Positions 9,431-18,500 of a DNA stretch of 32,000 bases are shown here, in pieces. Position numbers and translations under genes: made by a program. Every line of letters starts with the position of its first letter. The stretch's first letter is position 1. The notes beneath the pieces were generated by a model. It saw only the letters and a list, made by a program, of their open reading frames with translations. It made no database searches and was not told the DNA's origin. Location of the stretch: NCBI RefSeq assembly GCF_000039765.1, contig NC_004459.3, positions 120,001-152,000 of the forward strand, in the 5' to 3' direction. This DNA comes from Vibrio vulnificus CMCP6. GTDB lineage: Bacteria; Pseudomonadota; Gammaproteobacteria; Enterobacterales; Vibrionaceae.

Positions 9431-9595
9431 TTTCGTTCTCTTCACACTTTTTATTTCTGGGCGTCATAGTAACAACTTCAGGCAAAATTGGCAGTCCTGC
9501 GAGTACTTTAATAAAAAGTCAAAATTTCACTAAATCGGCTCTGTATGAAAGGCAATATAATTGCTATCATTAGCCCCATTTTTGTGAACTCAAAC

Positions 9596-9625
9596 AAAAC
9601 CCGGCCTCTCTATTTCCGGGTTTTT
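9596..9625 (+). promoter_or_regulatory. Terminator-like leader hairpin, a candidate attenuator, upstream of argS
   Basis: AAAACCCGG (9596-9604) / CCGGGTTTT (9616-9624) with an 11-nt loop and a T5 run at 9621-9625. It lies 26 nt upstream of the argS GTG. No plus-strand gene precedes it. Confidence 0.45.
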
Positions 9626-9650
9626 CGTCCTTGAATTGAAGGAAACGCGT

Positions 9651-11384
9651 GTGAATATCCAAGCACTTATTAACGACAAAGTATCTCAGGCTCTTGAAGC
9701 TGCTGGCGCTCCTGCAGGCAGCCCTGCAGCGGTTCGCCAATCCGCTAAGCCACAATTTGGTGACTACCAAGCAAACGGCGTAATGGGCGTAGCAAAACAG
9801 TTGGGTACTAACCCTCGAGAATTTGCGCAAAAAGTATTGGATGTTCTAGACCTAGACGGCATCGCAAGCAAAACCGAAATCGCAGGCCCTGGTTTTATCA
9901 ATATTTTCCTAAGCGAAGAGTTCCTAGCGAAGCAAGCTGAAGCGGCACTGGCGGATCCTCGTCTTGGCGTCGCGTCAGAAGAAGCACAAACTATCGTTGC
10001 TGACTACTCTGCGCCAAACGTGGCAAAAGAGATGCACGTTGGTCACCTACGTTCAACCATCATTGGTGATGCGGTTGTACGTACCCTTGAGTTCCTAGGT
10101 CACAAAGTGATCCGTGCGAACCACATCGGTGATTGGGGTACGCAGTTCGGTATGCTTATCGCCAACCTTGAGCGCGTGCAGCAAGAGTCTGGCGAAGTTT
10201 CTATGGAACTGGCTGACCTTGAAGGTTTCTACCGCGAATCGAAAAAACTCTACGACGAAGATGAAGAGTTTGCAGTAAAAGCTCGCGGCTACGTCGTTAA
10301 ACTGCAAAGCGGCGACGAGTTCTGCGCAGAGATGTGGAAGAAGCTGGTTGACGTCACCATGATCCAAAATCAACGCAACTACGATCGTCTCAACGTCTCT
10401 CTATCTCGTGATGACGTCATGGGCGAGAGCATGTACAACGACATGCTACCTAAGATCGTAGCCGACCTGAAAGCTCAAGGTCTTGCGGTTGAAGATGACG
10501 GCGCGCAAGTTGTGTTCCTTGAAGAATTCAAGAACAAAGACGGCGAGCCTATGGGCGTTATCGTACAAAAACGTGACGGTGGCTTCCTCTACACCACAAC
10601 GGACATCGCGTGTGCGAAATACCGTTACGAAGAGCTAGGCGCAGATCGTGTGCTTTACTTCATCGACTCTCGTCAGCACCAGCACCTAATGCAAGCTTGG
10701 ACGATCGTTCGTAAAGCGGGTTACGTGCCAGAGTCTGTTTCTCTTGAACACCATGCATTCGGCATGATGCTGGGTAAAGACGGTAAGCCATTCAAAACTC
10801 GTGCGGGTGGTACGGTTCGTCTTGCTGATCTTCTTGATGAAGCAGAAGTGCGTGCAGCGCAACTGATCGAATCTAAGAACCCAGAACTAGCTGAAGACGA
10901 GAAGAAAGCAATAGCGAACACAGTTGCAATGGCAGCGGTTAAATACGCAGACCTTTCTAAGCACCGTACTACAGACTACGTGTTCGATTGGGACAACATG
11001 CTAGCGTTCGAAGGTAACACAGCACCGTACATGCAATACGCTTACACGCGCGTAGCCTCTGTATTCGCTAAAGCAGGCGTTTCTATGGATGATCTGCAAG
11101 GTGAAATCAAGATCACTGACGAGAAAGAAAAAGCGCTTATCGCCAAACTGATGCAGTTCGAAGAAGCAGTTCAATCTGTGGCTCGCGAAGGTCAGCCACA
11201 CATCATGTGTAGCTACCTATTCGAACTCGCAGGTCAGTTCTCTAGCTTCTACGAAGCATGCCCTATCCTAGTGGCTGAAGACGAAGCAGTGAAACAAAGC
11301 CGTCTGAAACTCGCTGCGCTAACAGCGAAGACCATTAAGCAAGGTCTGTCTCTACTTGGTATCGATACGCTAGAACGTATGTAA
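9651..11384 (+). CDS. argS: Arginine--tRNA ligase
   Basis: The ORF track starts at TTG 9636. E. coli ArgS begins MNIQALL, so the likely start here is GTG at 9651 ([11 protein letters not shown]), preceded by AAGGAAA. Contains the HVGHLRS (HIGH) motif and the conserved [13 protein letters not shown]. Confidence 0.95.
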   Translation: MNIQALINDKVSQALEAAGAPAGSPAAVRQSAKPQFGDYQANGVMGVAKQLGTNPREFAQKVLDVLDLDGIASKTEIAGPGFINIFLSEEFLAKQAEAALADPRLGVASEEAQTIVADYSAPNVAKEMHVGHLRSTIIGDAVVRTLEFLGHKVIRANHIGDWGTQFGMLIANLERVQQESGEVSMELADLEGFYRESKKLYDEDEEFAVKARGYVVKLQSGDEFCAEMWKKLVDVTMIQNQRNYDRLNVSLSRDDVMGESMYNDMLPKIVADLKAQGLAVEDDGAQVVFLEEFKNKDGEPMGVIVQKRDGGFLYTTTDIACAKYRYEELGADRVLYFIDSRQHQHLMQAWTIVRKAGYVPESVSLEHHAFGMMLGKDGKPFKTRAGGTVRLADLLDEAEVRAAQLIESKNPELAEDEKKAIANTVAMAAVKYADLSKHRTTDYVFDWDNMLAFEGNTAPYMQYAYTRVASVFAKAGVSMDDLQGEIKITDEKEKALIAKLMQFEEAVQSVAREGQPHIMCSYLFELAGQFSSFYEACPILVAEDEAVKQSRLKLAALTAKTIKQGLSLLGIDTLERM

Positions 11385-11386
11385 TA

Positions 11387-11421
11387 GGTTCGAGGTTCGA
11401 GGTTCGAGGTTCGAGGTTCGA
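11387..11421. repeat. Perfect tandem heptamer repeat (GGTTCGA) x5
   Basis: Five uninterrupted copies start 3 nt after the argS TAA stop codon and lie upstream of the argS terminator. Confidence 0.98.
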
Positions 11422-11431
11422 GACAATAAAG

Positions 11432-11465
11432 AAAGGTTGACGTGAAAGCGTCAACCTTTTGTTTT
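11432..11465 (+). terminator. Intrinsic terminator of argS
   Basis: AAAGGTTGACG (11432-11442) / CGTCAACCTTT (11449-11459) with a 6-nt loop, followed by TGTTTT. Confidence 0.85.
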
Positions 11466-11510
11466 ATCTGGCGTATACTGTTGTCATTCAATTCAAACCG
11501 GACAACAACA

Positions 11511-11939
11511 ATGAGTTTTGAACTGCATCCTCAACTGGCCAAAGACACAACGGTGATTGGCCACTTCCCACTGTGTGTGGCATTGCTGCATAAAGACAAT
11601 GCCGTGCCGTGGGTGATTTTGGTACCGAAACGTGCAAACCTAAAAGAACTACACCACTTGCCAATGCAAGAGCAACAACAGTTTTTGCTCGAGTCTCAAG
11701 CAGTAAGCCAAGCACTGGAAGCGACATTCCGCCCAGACAAACTCAACCTTGGCGCATTAGGTAACATGGTGCCACAACTGCACATTCACCACATTGCACG
11801 CTTTAAAGACGACGTGGCGTGGCCAGGACCCGTTTGGGGCAATACCAACGGAGAGTTCCGCACCGAAGAAGAACAAAACGAACTGCTTGTTCGCATCAAA
11901 AACGTCCTATCACTGAGCTCAATCTTCCAAAAAGCCTAA
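11511..11939 (+). CDS. HIT (histidine triad) family protein
   Basis: ORF 11442..11939. Its first 23 codons overlap the argS terminator, so ATG at 11511 (MSFELHPQLAKD) is preferred. Histidine-triad region is PQLHIHHIAR. Confidence 0.8.
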   Translation: MSFELHPQLAKDTTVIGHFPLCVALLHKDNAVPWVILVPKRANLKELHHLPMQEQQQFLLESQAVSQALEATFRPDKLNLGALGNMVPQLHIHHIARFKDDVAWPGPVWGNTNGEFRTEEEQNELLVRIKNVLSLSSIFQKA

Positions 11940-11989
11940 ATCAAATCGCTTGTTGATAGCGGGGCTGAAAGAGTACTCGGGCGCAATAG

Positions 11990-12027
11990 AAAAGCCGCAT
12001 CATTACTGATGCGGCTTTGTCGTTTTT
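11990..12027. terminator. Probable bidirectional terminator between the HIT gene (+) and feoC (-)
   Basis: AAAGCCGCATC (11991-12001) / GATGCGGCTTT (12008-12018) with a 6-nt loop, followed on the plus strand by GTCGTTTTT. Confidence 0.8.
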
Positions 12028-12047
12028 ATCTCATTTGGCGTCTGAGA

Positions 12048-12278
12048 CTACATGGTTACGGTCAGCGATAAACCGTCTTGTTTGGTCACTGCGTAGCGAA
12101 CACGAGTGACACAATGAGCTTTATTGGTGTCGACTAAGCGGCTAATTTTACCTTTCTTGATCCACACGCTTAACATCGCATCAGCGCCATCTTCACTCAT
12201 CCCAAACTGCTTAGCCAGATCTGACTGGGAGACGGTTCCTTTATCTGCAATATATTGATAAAGCTCTTTTAATATCAT
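12048..12278 (-). CDS. feoC: Ferrous iron transport protein FeoC (winged-helix)
   Basis: 76-aa ORF immediately after feoB with an ATGA start/stop overlap. The N-terminus (MILKELYQYI...GTVSQSDLAKQFGMSEDGADAMLSVWIKKGKI) is typical of FeoC. Confidence 0.85.
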   Translation of the reverse strand: MILKELYQYIADKGTVSQSDLAKQFGMSEDGADAMLSVWIKKGKISRLVDTNKAHCVTRVRYAVTKQDGLSLTVTM

Positions 12279-14551
12279 GCTACCTGCGCCTCAAATACGC
12301 CTCGTTGCTTGTCACCTACGCGCTTAAACACACGATACGTGGCAAAGAAAATGGCGACAATCGCTGCGATCCAAACACCACTGCTGACAGGACTATCCGC
12401 AAAGTGTGTCAACTGGTTGTAGAAGGTCGCACAAAGGTAGGCCAGAGCCATCGTCCACACGGCAATAAAGCGTGCAAATTTATGTCCGAATTCGCGAACG
12501 TATGCCCCCATCGCTGCCACACATGGGGTGTACAACAAAATAAAAATGAGGTAGGCAAAAGCCGCATGACCAGACGCAAACTGCGCTTTAAGGTTACCAA
12601 AGATAGAAGCATCAACATCTTGTTCCTCTGCCACAGCATTTGAATCCGTTAGATCTCCCACCTCGATACCCAATGGATCTGAATAGCTCAAACCCGCTAA
12701 GTTTTCAGGGATACTCATCACGGCCTCTTCTAGGCTGGCCATCAGATCAAACTCCGCTTCTTCTCCATCACTTGGTGTGGTGTATAGACTATTAAGCGTA
12801 CCCACTACTGCCTCTTTGGCGAAGATACCTGTGATGATACCGACTGTCGCTGGCCAGTTGTCTTTCTCGATACCAATCGGAGCAAACACGGGCGTTACCA
12901 CTTGCGCGGCTTTTGACAGAACCGAGTTTTCGCTGTCTTCGTTGCCGAAGCTGCCATCGGTACCAAGCGAGTTCAAGAAACTTAGGATCGCAACCACAAC
13001 AACGATGGTTTTGCCTGCACCCAAAACGAAACGCTTCAGTTTTTGCCATGTTTTGATCACCACGTTTTGCAGTGTTGGCAGTTCGTAATCGGGCATTTCC
13101 ATCACTAAGCTGTCACTACTACCCGGGTACAGCGTGTGCTTAAGGAAGAGACCCGTGAAAATCGCCGCGACGATACCAAGTAGATAAAGCGCAAACACAA
13201 TATTTTGCCCAGCACCTGGAAAAAAGGCGGCAGCAAATAGCGCATACACAGGCAAGCGAGCACCACAAGACATAAATGGCGCCATTGATGCTGCCAGTTT
13301 ACGTTCACGCTCTTGGTCTAGTGTACGCGTGGCCATAATGGATGGCACGTTACAGCCGAAGCCTAAAACCAGTGGTACAAAAGCTTTACCCGGCAGGCCG
13401 ATCTTCTGCATCACTTTATCAAGCACAAAGGCGGCGCGAGCCATGTAGCCTGAGCTTTCAAGCACAGCGAGGAAAAGGTACAAACAGGCGATAACCGGAA
13501 TGAAAGTCGCCACCGTCTGAATACCACCACCGAGTCCATCTGCCAGTACCGTCACCAACCACACCGGCAAGTGTCCGTCTAACAAGTGGTGGCCTCCATC
13601 AACCAATAGAGCACCGACACCGATATCAAAGAAGTCAATAAAGGCACTACCAATGTTGATAGAGAACATGAACATGAGGTACATCACAACGAAGAAGAAC
13701 GGAATACCGACCCATTTGTTGAGAATAAATTGGTCCAGCTTTTCAGTGACACTGCGGCTTAACTTACCTTCGCTACGACGGACCTTTTTGCACTCCTGAT
13801 GAAGATGTGTATATTTGACGTCAGCAACGTGTAAGTCCACATCCAGATTTAATTCCGTCACGACTTCTTCAACACGAAGGCGCTCCACATCAGACATACT
13901 GTTTAGTACCAGAGCGTCTTTCTCGAGAGCACGAACGGCGAGTGCTCGGTGGGAAACCGTTTGATCGTTAAATAGCGTTGAAATGCTATCAATCGCCGCT
14001 TCCATCGCCTGACCATAGTTCAAAGCAATCTCTTTTAGTGCCACACCTTGAACCACAGATTTGTGCAGTTTCTCTTTAAACTCCGCAACTTGTGCTTTGT
14101 TCGTTGCGGATAAACTGATCACTGGGCAACCGAGACTTTTTTCTAACTCAGCCACATTGATGATCTGACGCTCACGTTTAAGCGCATCCATTTTATTCAA
14201 CACAACAATCATCGGGCGGCCAAGTTCGCGCAATTGCAGTGTCATGTATAAGCTGCGCTCAAGGCTTGTTGCGTCCACCACATTGATGATCATATCGGCT
14301 GGGTGAGTTAATACCGCGCGAGAAGCAATCGATTCATCAATACTGTTGCTGTCATTACCACTATCCAGCGAGTAGATACCCGGAAGATCTGTCAGCAAAA
14401 ATTCATCACCAGCGTGATGGTAACGACCAGTTTTCTTTTCTACCGTGACGCCAGCCCAGTTGCCCACTTGCTGTTTCGCGCCAGTCAAACCGTTAAATAA
14501 CGTCGTTTTTCCGCTGTTAGGATTACCGACCGTCAGAATTTGATACTGCAT
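12275..14551 (-). CDS. feoB: Ferrous iron transporter FeoB (G-domain plus permease)
   Basis: N-terminal GTPase motifs (GNPNSGKTTLFN, DLPG, NKMD) followed by a polytopic membrane domain. ATG at 14551 overlaps the feoA stop codon (TAATG) and is preferred over the GTG at 14560. Confidence 0.95.
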   Translation of the reverse strand: MQYQILTVGNPNSGKTTLFNGLTGAKQQVGNWAGVTVEKKTGRYHHAGDEFLLTDLPGIYSLDSGNDSNSIDESIASRAVLTHPADMIINVVDATSLERSLYMTLQLRELGRPMIVVLNKMDALKRERQIINVAELEKSLGCPVISLSATNKAQVAEFKEKLHKSVVQGVALKEIALNYGQAMEAAIDSISTLFNDQTVSHRALAVRALEKDALVLNSMSDVERLRVEEVVTELNLDVDLHVADVKYTHLHQECKKVRRSEGKLSRSVTEKLDQFILNKWVGIPFFFVVMYLMFMFSINIGSAFIDFFDIGVGALLVDGGHHLLDGHLPVWLVTVLADGLGGGIQTVATFIPVIACLYLFLAVLESSGYMARAAFVLDKVMQKIGLPGKAFVPLVLGFGCNVPSIMATRTLDQERERKLAASMAPFMSCGARLPVYALFAAAFFPGAGQNIVFALYLLGIVAAIFTGLFLKHTLYPGSSDSLVMEMPDYELPTLQNVVIKTWQKLKRFVLGAGKTIVVVVAILSFLNSLGTDGSFGNEDSENSVLSKAAQVVTPVFAPIGIEKDNWPATVGIITGIFAKEAVVGTLNSLYTTPSDGEEAEFDLMASLEEAVMSIPENLAGLSYSDPLGIEVGDLTDSNAVAEEQDVDASIFGNLKAQFASGHAAFAYLIFILLYTPCVAAMGAYVREFGHKFARFIAVWTMALAYLCATFYNQLTHFADSPVSSGVWIAAIVAIFFATYRVFKRVGDKQRGVFEAQVA

Positions 14552-14778
14552 TATTGGCACTCCACTTCGATGGCTTCCGCAATTTTTTCTCGCACCGCTA
14601 ACGACACTCCACGAGCTTCTATTTGTAGTGGATCACCCATTGGTGCTCGACGAATAAGTCGTACAGACGTGTTTGGCAAAATACCCATCACCATGAGTTT
14701 CTTTCTCACGTCGCTAGTGAGTCCATGAATAGCCACAACCATCGCGCTCTGGCCTTGTTTTAATTCTGATAATTTCAT
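14551..14778 (-). CDS. feoA: Ferrous iron transport protein FeoA
   Basis: 75-aa SH3-like FeoA (MKLSELKQGQSAMVVAIHG...MGILPNTSVRLIRRAPMGDPLQIE), first gene of feoABC. Confidence 0.9.
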   Translation of the reverse strand: MKLSELKQGQSAMVVAIHGLTSDVRKKLMVMGILPNTSVRLIRRAPMGDPLQIEARGVSLAVREKIAEAIEVECQ

Positions 14779-14797
14779 ACTTGCCCGAAAAGAAAGT

Positions 14798-14816
14798 GTA
14801 AATGAGAAATATTTTT
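14798..14816. promoter_or_regulatory. Possible Fur box in the feoA upstream region
   Basis: GTAAATGAGAAATATTTTT matches 12 of 19 positions of GATAATGATAATCATTATC by hand alignment. The adjacent AT-rich stretch TTATTAATAATGCAATTC (14815-14832) also contains Fur-like hexamers. feo operons are commonly Fur-repressed. Confidence 0.35.
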
Positions 14817-15099
14817 ATTAATAATGCAATTCTACGCCTCAACAAGCTGATTTTTATTGTCTGAAATCAAAGATTGCAGAACTGCGTTCGTAACTTTCGT
14901 CAAATTTAGACACGTCATTTACGTCAAAATCCAAATTTCAAATCAACATCGCGTTTAACGTTTTGTTTACAAAAACAAGAAGCAAAATAAATAAACCTTA
15001 AATTACAACAACTTAAGAGTACGGGGAGATATTGTCGTTTTTGTAAGGTATCAATGGCGTTATTTTTATAAGGAAAATAAGTCGATTAACTTATAGTGA

Positions 15100-15230
15100 A
15101 CACATCGAGAGGCACTCCTCTCAAGAATTCCAGAGGTGACGTGACGATGTCGCGTCACTCCGGCAGCAAGCGAAGGTGTCATTGACACCCGTGGTATAGT
15201 CCCCCCGGCTATACCACGATATTTTTTTTC
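15100..15230 (+). ncRNA. Candidate orphan small RNA (four hairpins plus intrinsic terminator), family not recognised
   Basis: Hairpins at 15107-15122, 15136-15158 and 15175-15189, then a terminator at 15190-15218 (CGTGGTATAG / CTATACCACG) followed by T8 at 15222-15229. A possible -10 (TATAGT) lies at 15093-15098. The 5' end is approximate. No plus-strand CDS lies up- or downstream. Confidence 0.45.
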
Positions 15231-15564
15231 TATCGTTTTCCTCTCTTGTTAAACTCTTTATCTTATTACTCTCACTTTCACCCGTGCACTTAGCAAGCAA
15301 TAAATTAGCCTCATCCGTTTCTCAACGTATTTTCGATCACACCGTTCAATAACTCCGCATGTACATGACTATCTCAGCTATAGAGCAGCCAATAAGTAGC
15401 TTAACGAACAAGGATGAGAGAAAGCATCCATGTCGTATCAGGCTATGAGTTGAAATAGCCTAGGCGCAAGTTAGGCGGAAATAATGTGCCGTTGATGAAT
15501 AAAGGCCATAGGCAAGGCGAATCAAGCTTTGAGGTAAGCCGAGCACGCTAGGTAGACCGCGATG

Positions 15565-18500
15565 TTATTCGGACTCTAGAGCGTCACTGGCAAATTTTGA
15601 AGGGGGCACACCAAAGTACAGTTTAAAACGTTGACTAAAGTAAGAAGGATCATTAAATCCCGATGCGAAAGCCACATCGACCACTTTTTCACCAGCCAAC
15701 AAACTTTCGCATGCTTTTTCTAAACGTACTTCCGTGAGGTAATCCGTAAATGTACGAGAGCTCGCTGATTTAAACCGTCGCTGTAAGCTGCGCTCAGAAA
15801 CATAGAGCTTTTTGGCCGCCATTGCCGTGCCAAATTCTGGGTTTGTATAATGCTCTGCCACCATAGCCTCGACCTTCGCCAACCATAGCTGCTCTGGCGA
15901 CAGAACAGCTTCGGATGAGACTTCCGTAACTGGAGACAGCTCGACTGAATCAACAAAGATGCTTGGCTCTTCATCATTTATCAGAGATTCAACCGCTTTT
16001 GGCCACAGTATTTCGATCTTGTTTCGCTCAGCGCTACTGAACAAGCTTAAGCGTCCGCCACTTTGTTCAACTAAAGCAGGTAGCTTCTCAATTGCAGTAT
16101 CGACTTTTGTCGACTCAACACCAGCGCTATCCTCGGCTTCCGTGCTCGTACTAAACGGCTGGCCAAAATCAATAAACGACACTTCAACAAAATCGTTTTG
16201 CTCTCTGATCACAATATCGAGCATTTGGCCACGATAGGCGCGTTTCAACACACTTGCAAAAACACTATTAAAAATGACATCCAGATTAAATTGCCCTACC
16301 GCGACACGATAGTCGTCCGATTCGCCAGAAATGTGCACCTGAACACCGCTTTTATTGAGTTCATCTTCCCAAACGTCAACGACCGACTGAATGATATGGC
16401 TAACGTTAAAGTTTTGCAGATGCCCGTCAGTTCCATCGCTGGGCGAGCTTTTTAGCTCTTCCAAAAGCATTGCTATGCGCATTTGATGTTCCTGATATTC
16501 TGAGGCAGGTTCAACCGATGGCTTGCTTAGTAATGCATCCACACTTTGACGTAATGAACGGGCAACATTGTCAACCAGCAAATTTCTAACTTGGATCTGT
16601 TTACGAAGTTGTTGGTTACTGGTGAGCAACACTCGACTCTGATGACGCAATTGATTGGTCTTCAATGCCACCAGTGCCGTCAACTCACGGTTTTGAACAC
16701 TGACGTAACGAGAACGCCAGAAAACAACTAAGCCGCCCAGCGCTACGATAAGCAAGACAAAAATTGCCATCGCCATCGTAGTTTGATACCACGGGTGTAA
16801 CACCGTAAAGCGAACTTGCACGGAATCCCCTGCGACTAGACTGGTTTTAACACTTAACAGGTAATCACCTGCCGCAAGGTGTTCAAAAGAGACTTGTCCT
16901 GCTTCTGTGGTTTGCCAGTGTTCCTGGTTTAAACGGTAATAGAGCGTTTCACCGTAAGCATTGGGCATCACGCCGAGGCCAAAACTAATCGCGGAACCAT
17001 ACGCTAACTCGGGCAATTGCCACTCTTTTTGCCCGATATTTGCAACCTGATCATCAATACGAACTTGGCTGATGACCACTCTAGGTTCAGGTAGTTTGGA
17101 TACCATTAGGTCATCACGGTCCGCAAATACCAGGCCATATTTTGAACCCAGTACTAACACCGAGCCGGATTGCGCTTCTCCAAATGAAGCCGCACATGCC
17201 CCTTCAACGAACTCATTACTCATAATGCCCGAACGAGACCCAAAGTGCTTACGCAGCTCTCCGTCAAAATTGTAAAAACTGAGACCAATTGAACTCACCA
17301 TCCAAATGCCGCTAGCATCGGTGACTAAGCAAATAGGCTTCACGTTTTCCTGAGGAAGTGCCAGCTCTCCTAACGTTTTTTCTGTGGGATCTTTACGATA
17401 GATGCCGTGAGTCCCTGCAAACCATAGCGACCCATCTTTCGCTTCTGCAATATCGACACTTTCACCAAAAGACTGCGTGTTTCGCTCAAAACGGATCTTG
17501 TCGTTTTCTAGCACATAGGCCCCGTGATCGGTTCTTACGATTAACGGGACTTTTTGATCCACTTCTAGACCCAAAATTCGAGCGGGCAAATTTTGGCTGG
17601 CAATCCACCGATCGCCATAATCTTGGAAGCGCCCATCGGCAACGCCAATGGCAGCTAATCGATAACCCGAACTTATCCAAACCTTGCCTTGAGGGCTGAC
17701 CGAAACAAAATCAATCTCTTTACCTTTAAGGTAACTTGGTAAATCGAACGATCGAAGTTTGTACTGATTCGTGTCGTATATATACAGACCTTGCTCGGAA
17801 GCAATCCAGATGTTGCCATCTTCAAGTGCAAAGTCATTCACCTTTACCGGCAAACGCACGCGGCTGTATTGTTTATTAACCCCAATGGCCCGGTAAAGAT
17901 TGTTTGCATCTTTAAACCAAATCGTTTCATCTGATGCATAGACAATTTTGGTGATATTGCCATTAAAACGGCTGGCTTTTTCTTCGGTGATGTTATTAAG
18001 ACGTTCAAATTTTCGGCCAAACAGAGAGTAGTAGAGAATGCCACTGTTCGTCGCAACCCAAATACCCCCTTGTTCATCATTCACCAACGAGTAAATTTTT
18101 CGATTATCAGGAGAGACATCTTGCGCACCTGCCGCTTTCACTTTGGCCACTTGTCCAGTTAAAAACGAGTAACTGTACAGACCATGTTCCGTGCCAATCC
18201 AATATTCTTGATTGGTTTCTGTCATCGAAAGCACATGAGACTCTCCAATCATGATGTTTTTTTGAGTCGGCTTTAAAATATCAATGAGCGCAGCGCCATT
18301 TAGCGTCCCCACCAGTAACTCACGACGAGTCGGAGAAAAGTACAGTTTGGCAACGAAATGCTTCGCTGACGCTTTGATATGGGTAAATTGCTCACCTTGT
18401 GATAGGTACGCTCCCGATGTGGTACCGAGTACCCATTTGCTTAAAACCCGCTTTGCATCATTGATGTAGACGTAACTACTCTGATTGTTTTGATACAACG

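Noticed and set aside
9570-9830. 86-aa minus-strand ORF across the argS leader and 5' end
   Set aside because: It is antisense to the strongly supported argS N-terminus and has no independent coding signal.
11387-11421. GGTTCGA equals the tRNA T-arm / B-box core (GGTTCGAATCC), here repeated next to a tRNA synthetase gene. Could this be a tRNA mimic?
   Set aside because: No acceptor or anticodon-like structure surrounds the repeats, and the units cannot form a T-stem-loop. The resemblance is a 7-mer coincidence, so I kept this only as a VNTR.
11249-11491. 80-aa minus-strand ORF containing the repeat LEPRTSNLEPRT
   Set aside because: The peptide repeat is just the translation of the GGTTCGA heptamer array. 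The ORF also spans the argS 3' end and the argS terminator, so it is an artefact.
15054-15069. Sigma-54 promoter (TGGCGT-N5-TTAT) for the RNA candidate, by analogy with the sigma-54-dependent Qrr sRNAs
   Set aside because: The -24 GG is present but the -12 GC element is missing, and the RNA shares no sequence with the Qrr conserved core.
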